A DNA stretch of 63,621 nucleotides, the filler included, from Chiloscyllium plagiosum (taxonomy: Eukaryota), in assembly GCF_004010195.1 (NCBI RefSeq). It is 5 parts of one record of this genome, joined end to end, with 100 filler letters (N's around TTAATTAATTAA, not from the genome) between each part and the next. Parts side by side here need not be neighbours in the genome. Positions count along the whole stretch, not along the records: positions 59,999 to 63,621 come from NC_057710.1; 4 more parts are not named here. One strand, given 5' to 3'. Position 1 is the first letter of the stretch; every line of letters begins with the position of its first letter. The position numbers and the translations under genes were made by a program. This document shows positions 60,531 to 63,621 of the stretch, piece by piece. Below the pieces are notes generated by a model. That model was not told the DNA's origin, ran no database searches, and saw only the letters and a program-made list of their open reading frames with translations.

Positions 60531-62458
60531 GAGGAGGAGCGAACAGAGAACTGCTGCGTAAGTGAGGCTTTACATTTGGGTGGTTGAGTCACCCGAAACA
60601 CAACTTGGGTAGTGTCTCCCACCCATCCTCCTCAAAAGAAAATAAGTTTCCGTGTGCCGTATTAGTAAGGTAACTCATTTGTTTTTATTCTTTATTTTTC
60701 TAGTCTTGTTTGGAATTTAGAATAGTGGGAATGGAGGTTAGGGCAGTTGAATGTTCCTCCCGCAGAATGTGGGGGGTAAGGGTCACCACTAGTGTCCCTG
60801 CTGACTGCATCTGTGGGAAGTGAACCCAACTCCAGCTCCTCAAAAACTGCATTAGGGAACTGGAGCTGGAGCTGGATGCACTTTGGATCATTTGGGAGGC
60901 AGAGGGGGTTATTGAGAGGAGTTACAGGGAAGTAGTAACACCTCAGGTACAAGAAGATGGTAGTTAGGCTACAGTCAGGGAATGGAAAGGGAACCGGCAG
61001 GCAGTGCAGGGATCCCCTGTGGCCGTTCCCCTCAAAAACAAGTTCACCATTCTGGATTCTATTGGAGGAGAGTCTTACCGGGGCAAGCAATGGGGCACAG
61101 GTCTCTGGCACAGAGTCTGTCCCTATTACTCAGAAGGAAAGGGAGAAGAGCAGCAGAGCATTAGTCATTGGGATCTCCTTAGTTAGGGGGACAGATAGGA
61201 GGTTCTGTGGGAAGCAAAGAAACTCGTGGTTGGTCTGTTGCTTCCCAGCTACCAGGGTTTGTAATGTTTTGGATCTTGTTTTCAGGATCCTTGAGGAGGG
61301 GGTGCAACCCCAGGTCGTGGTCCACATAGGCACCAACAACATAGGTAGGAAAAGGGATGGGGATTTAAGGCAGACATTCAGGGAGCTAGGGTGGAAGCTC
61401 AGAGCTGGAATAAACAGAGTAGCTTTCTCGGGTTTGTTGCCCATGTCACGTGCTAACGAGGCGAGGAATAGGGAGAGAGAGGAGTTGAACACATGGCTAC
61501 AGGGATGGTGCAGGAGGGAGGGATTTGGATACGTGGATAATTTGGACTCATTCTGGAGTAGGTGGGACCTCTACAAACAGGATGTTCTACACCTGAACCA
61601 GACGGGTACCAATATCCTGGGGGGAAATTTGCTAATGATCTTTGGCTGGGTTTAAACAAATTCAGCAGGGGGATGGGAACCTAAATTGTAGTTCAAAAAG
61701 GCAGGAAGTTGAGAGTAGTGAGGTCAGAAATGAGATTTCAAGGTTACAAGAGTTCACTGGCAAGCAAGACGTTGGTTTGAAGTGTGTCTACTTCAACACC
61801 AGGAGGATCCGGAATAGGGTGAGTGAAATTGCATCATGGGTTGGTACCTGAGATTTCAACGTTGTGGCCATTTCAGAGACATGGGTAGGTCAGGGACAGG
61901 AATGGTTGTTGCAAGTTCCGGGATTTAAATGTTTCAGTCAGAACAGAGAGAATGGAAAAAGAAGGGGAGGGGTGGCACTGTTAGTCAAGGACAGTATTAC
62001 GGTAGCAGAAAGGACATTTGAAGACTTGTCTACTGAAGTAGTATGGGTTGGGGTTAGAAACAGGAAAGGAGAGGTCACCCTGTTGGGAGTTGTCTGTAGG
62101 CCTACGAATAGTTCCAGAGATGGAGAGCAAAGGATAGCAAAGACGATTCTCAATAGGAGTGAGAGAGACAGAGTAGTTGTTATGGGGTCTTTAACTTTCC
62201 AAATATTGACTGGAAATACTATAGTTTGAGTACTTTAATTGGGTCAATTTTTGTCCAATGTGTACAGGAGGGTTTCCTGACACAATATGTAGACAGGCCA
62301 ACAAGGGGTAAGGCCACATTAGATTTTATACTGGATAATGAACCTGGCGAGGAGTTAGATTTGGAGGTAGGGGAGCACTTTGATGATAGTGACCACAATT
62401 CAGTTATGTTTAATTTAGCGATGAAAAGGGACAGGTATATACCGGAGGGCAAGAGTTA
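60531..62458 (+). mobile_element. CR1 LINE 5' end: 5' UTR, ORF1 (ATG 60731; zinc knuckle, coiled coil, esterase) and APE
   Basis: MEVRAVECSS...ICGK, RELELELD, VIGISLVRG, HIGTNN, DVLHLN; YFNTR, ISETW, SDHN. Confidence 0.92.
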
Positions 62459-63621
62459 TAGAACATGAACATTTTAGAACATTACATCACAGCGCAGTAC
62501 AGGCCCTTCGGCCCTCGATGTTGCGCTGACCTGTCATACCAATCTGAAGCCCATCTAACCGACACTATTCCATGTATGTCCATATGCTTGTCCAATGACG
62601 ACTTAAATGTACTTAAACTTGGCGAATCTACTACCATTGCAAGCAAAGCATTCTATACCCTTACTATTCTCTGAGTAGAGAAACTACCTCTGACATCTGT
62701 CCGATATCTATCACCCCTCAATTTAAAGCTATACCGAGATCTCTCTGCTCATCTACCCTACCAAGAATCTTATCATTAGGCCAGTACTTTGCATTCCGGT
62801 TACTCCGACCAAAGTGAATCACCTCACACTTGTCCACATTAAACTCCATTTGCCACCTCTCAGCCCAGCTCTGTTGCTTATCTATGTCTCTGTAACCTAC
62901 AACATCCTTCATCACTATCCACAACTCCACCGACCTTAGTGTCATCTACAAATTTACTAACCTACCTTTCTATGCCCTCAACACAGACCCTTGCGGTACA
63001 CCAGTAGTAACTGGACTCCAGGATGAACATTTCCCATCAACTACCACCCTCTCTCTTCTTTCAGCAAGTCAATTACTGATCGAAACTGCTATATCTCCCA
63101 CAATCCCATTCCTCCACATTTTGTACAATAGCCTACTGTGGGAAACCTTACCAAATGCCTTGCTGAAATCCATATACACCACATCAACTGGTTTACTCTC
63201 ATCTACCTGTTTGGTCACCTTCTCAAAGAACTCAATAAGGTTTGTGAGGCACGACCTACCCTTCACAAAACCGTGCTGACTATCCCTAATCAAATTATTC
63301 TTTTCTCGATGATTATAAATCCTATCTCTTATAACCTTTTCCAATACTTTACCATCAACTGAAGTAAGGCTCGCTGGTCTATAATTACCAGGGTTGTCTC
63401 TACTCCCCTTCTTGAACAGTGGAACCACATTTGCTATCCTCCAGTCTTCTGGCACTTTTCCTATAGACAATGACAGTTTAAAGATCAAAGCCAAAGGCTC
63501 AGCAATCTCCTCCCTGGCTTCCCAGAGAATCATAGGATAAATCCCATCCGGCCCAGGGGACTTATCTATTTTCACACTCTGCAGGGTTTCTAATACCTCT
63601 TCCTTGTGAACCTCAATCCCA
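62459..63621 (-). mobile_element. CR1 LINE RT and 3' tail with internal deletions
   Basis: [32 protein letters not shown]; tail at 62459-62520. Confidence 0.92.

Noticed and set aside
60957..61655. SGNH esterase as a novel captured enzyme
   Set aside because: Esterase domains are an established part of CR1-group ORF1; this copy has stops and a mutated catalytic block

Overview
Repeat-dominated (~85-90%) eukaryotic genomic DNA, most likely from a shark or other cartilaginous fish. This is an inference from HE1-type tRNA SINEs, SacSINE1/Deu-type SINEs, esterase-ORF1 CR1 LINEs and Neptune/Poseidon-type Penelope-like elements (PLEs). Contents: (1) many nested, decayed CR1 LINEs; (2) PLE remnants plus at least 12 short PLE-terminus inserts that carry minimal hammerhead ribozyme cores (CTGAnGA-stem-GAAAnnTH), several as fold-back hairpin elements with 11-16 bp target-site duplications; (3) Gypsy LTR retrotransposons, one with Gmr1-like domain order, and solo LTRs; (4) Rex1/Babar LINE 3' ends; (5) five tandem-repeat arrays (50, 33, 60, 33 and 22 bp units); (6) a minus-strand chain of six candidate exons (13258 to 3548) that splices into one open 210-codon frame of an unidentified host gene, including a 13-nt microexon. 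Four 100-bp N-TTAATTAATTAA-N blocks are artificial scaffold linkers. Almost every ORF in the supplied track is a retroelement fragment or a satellite artefact. TE boundaries are by eye and approximate unless a TSD is quoted.
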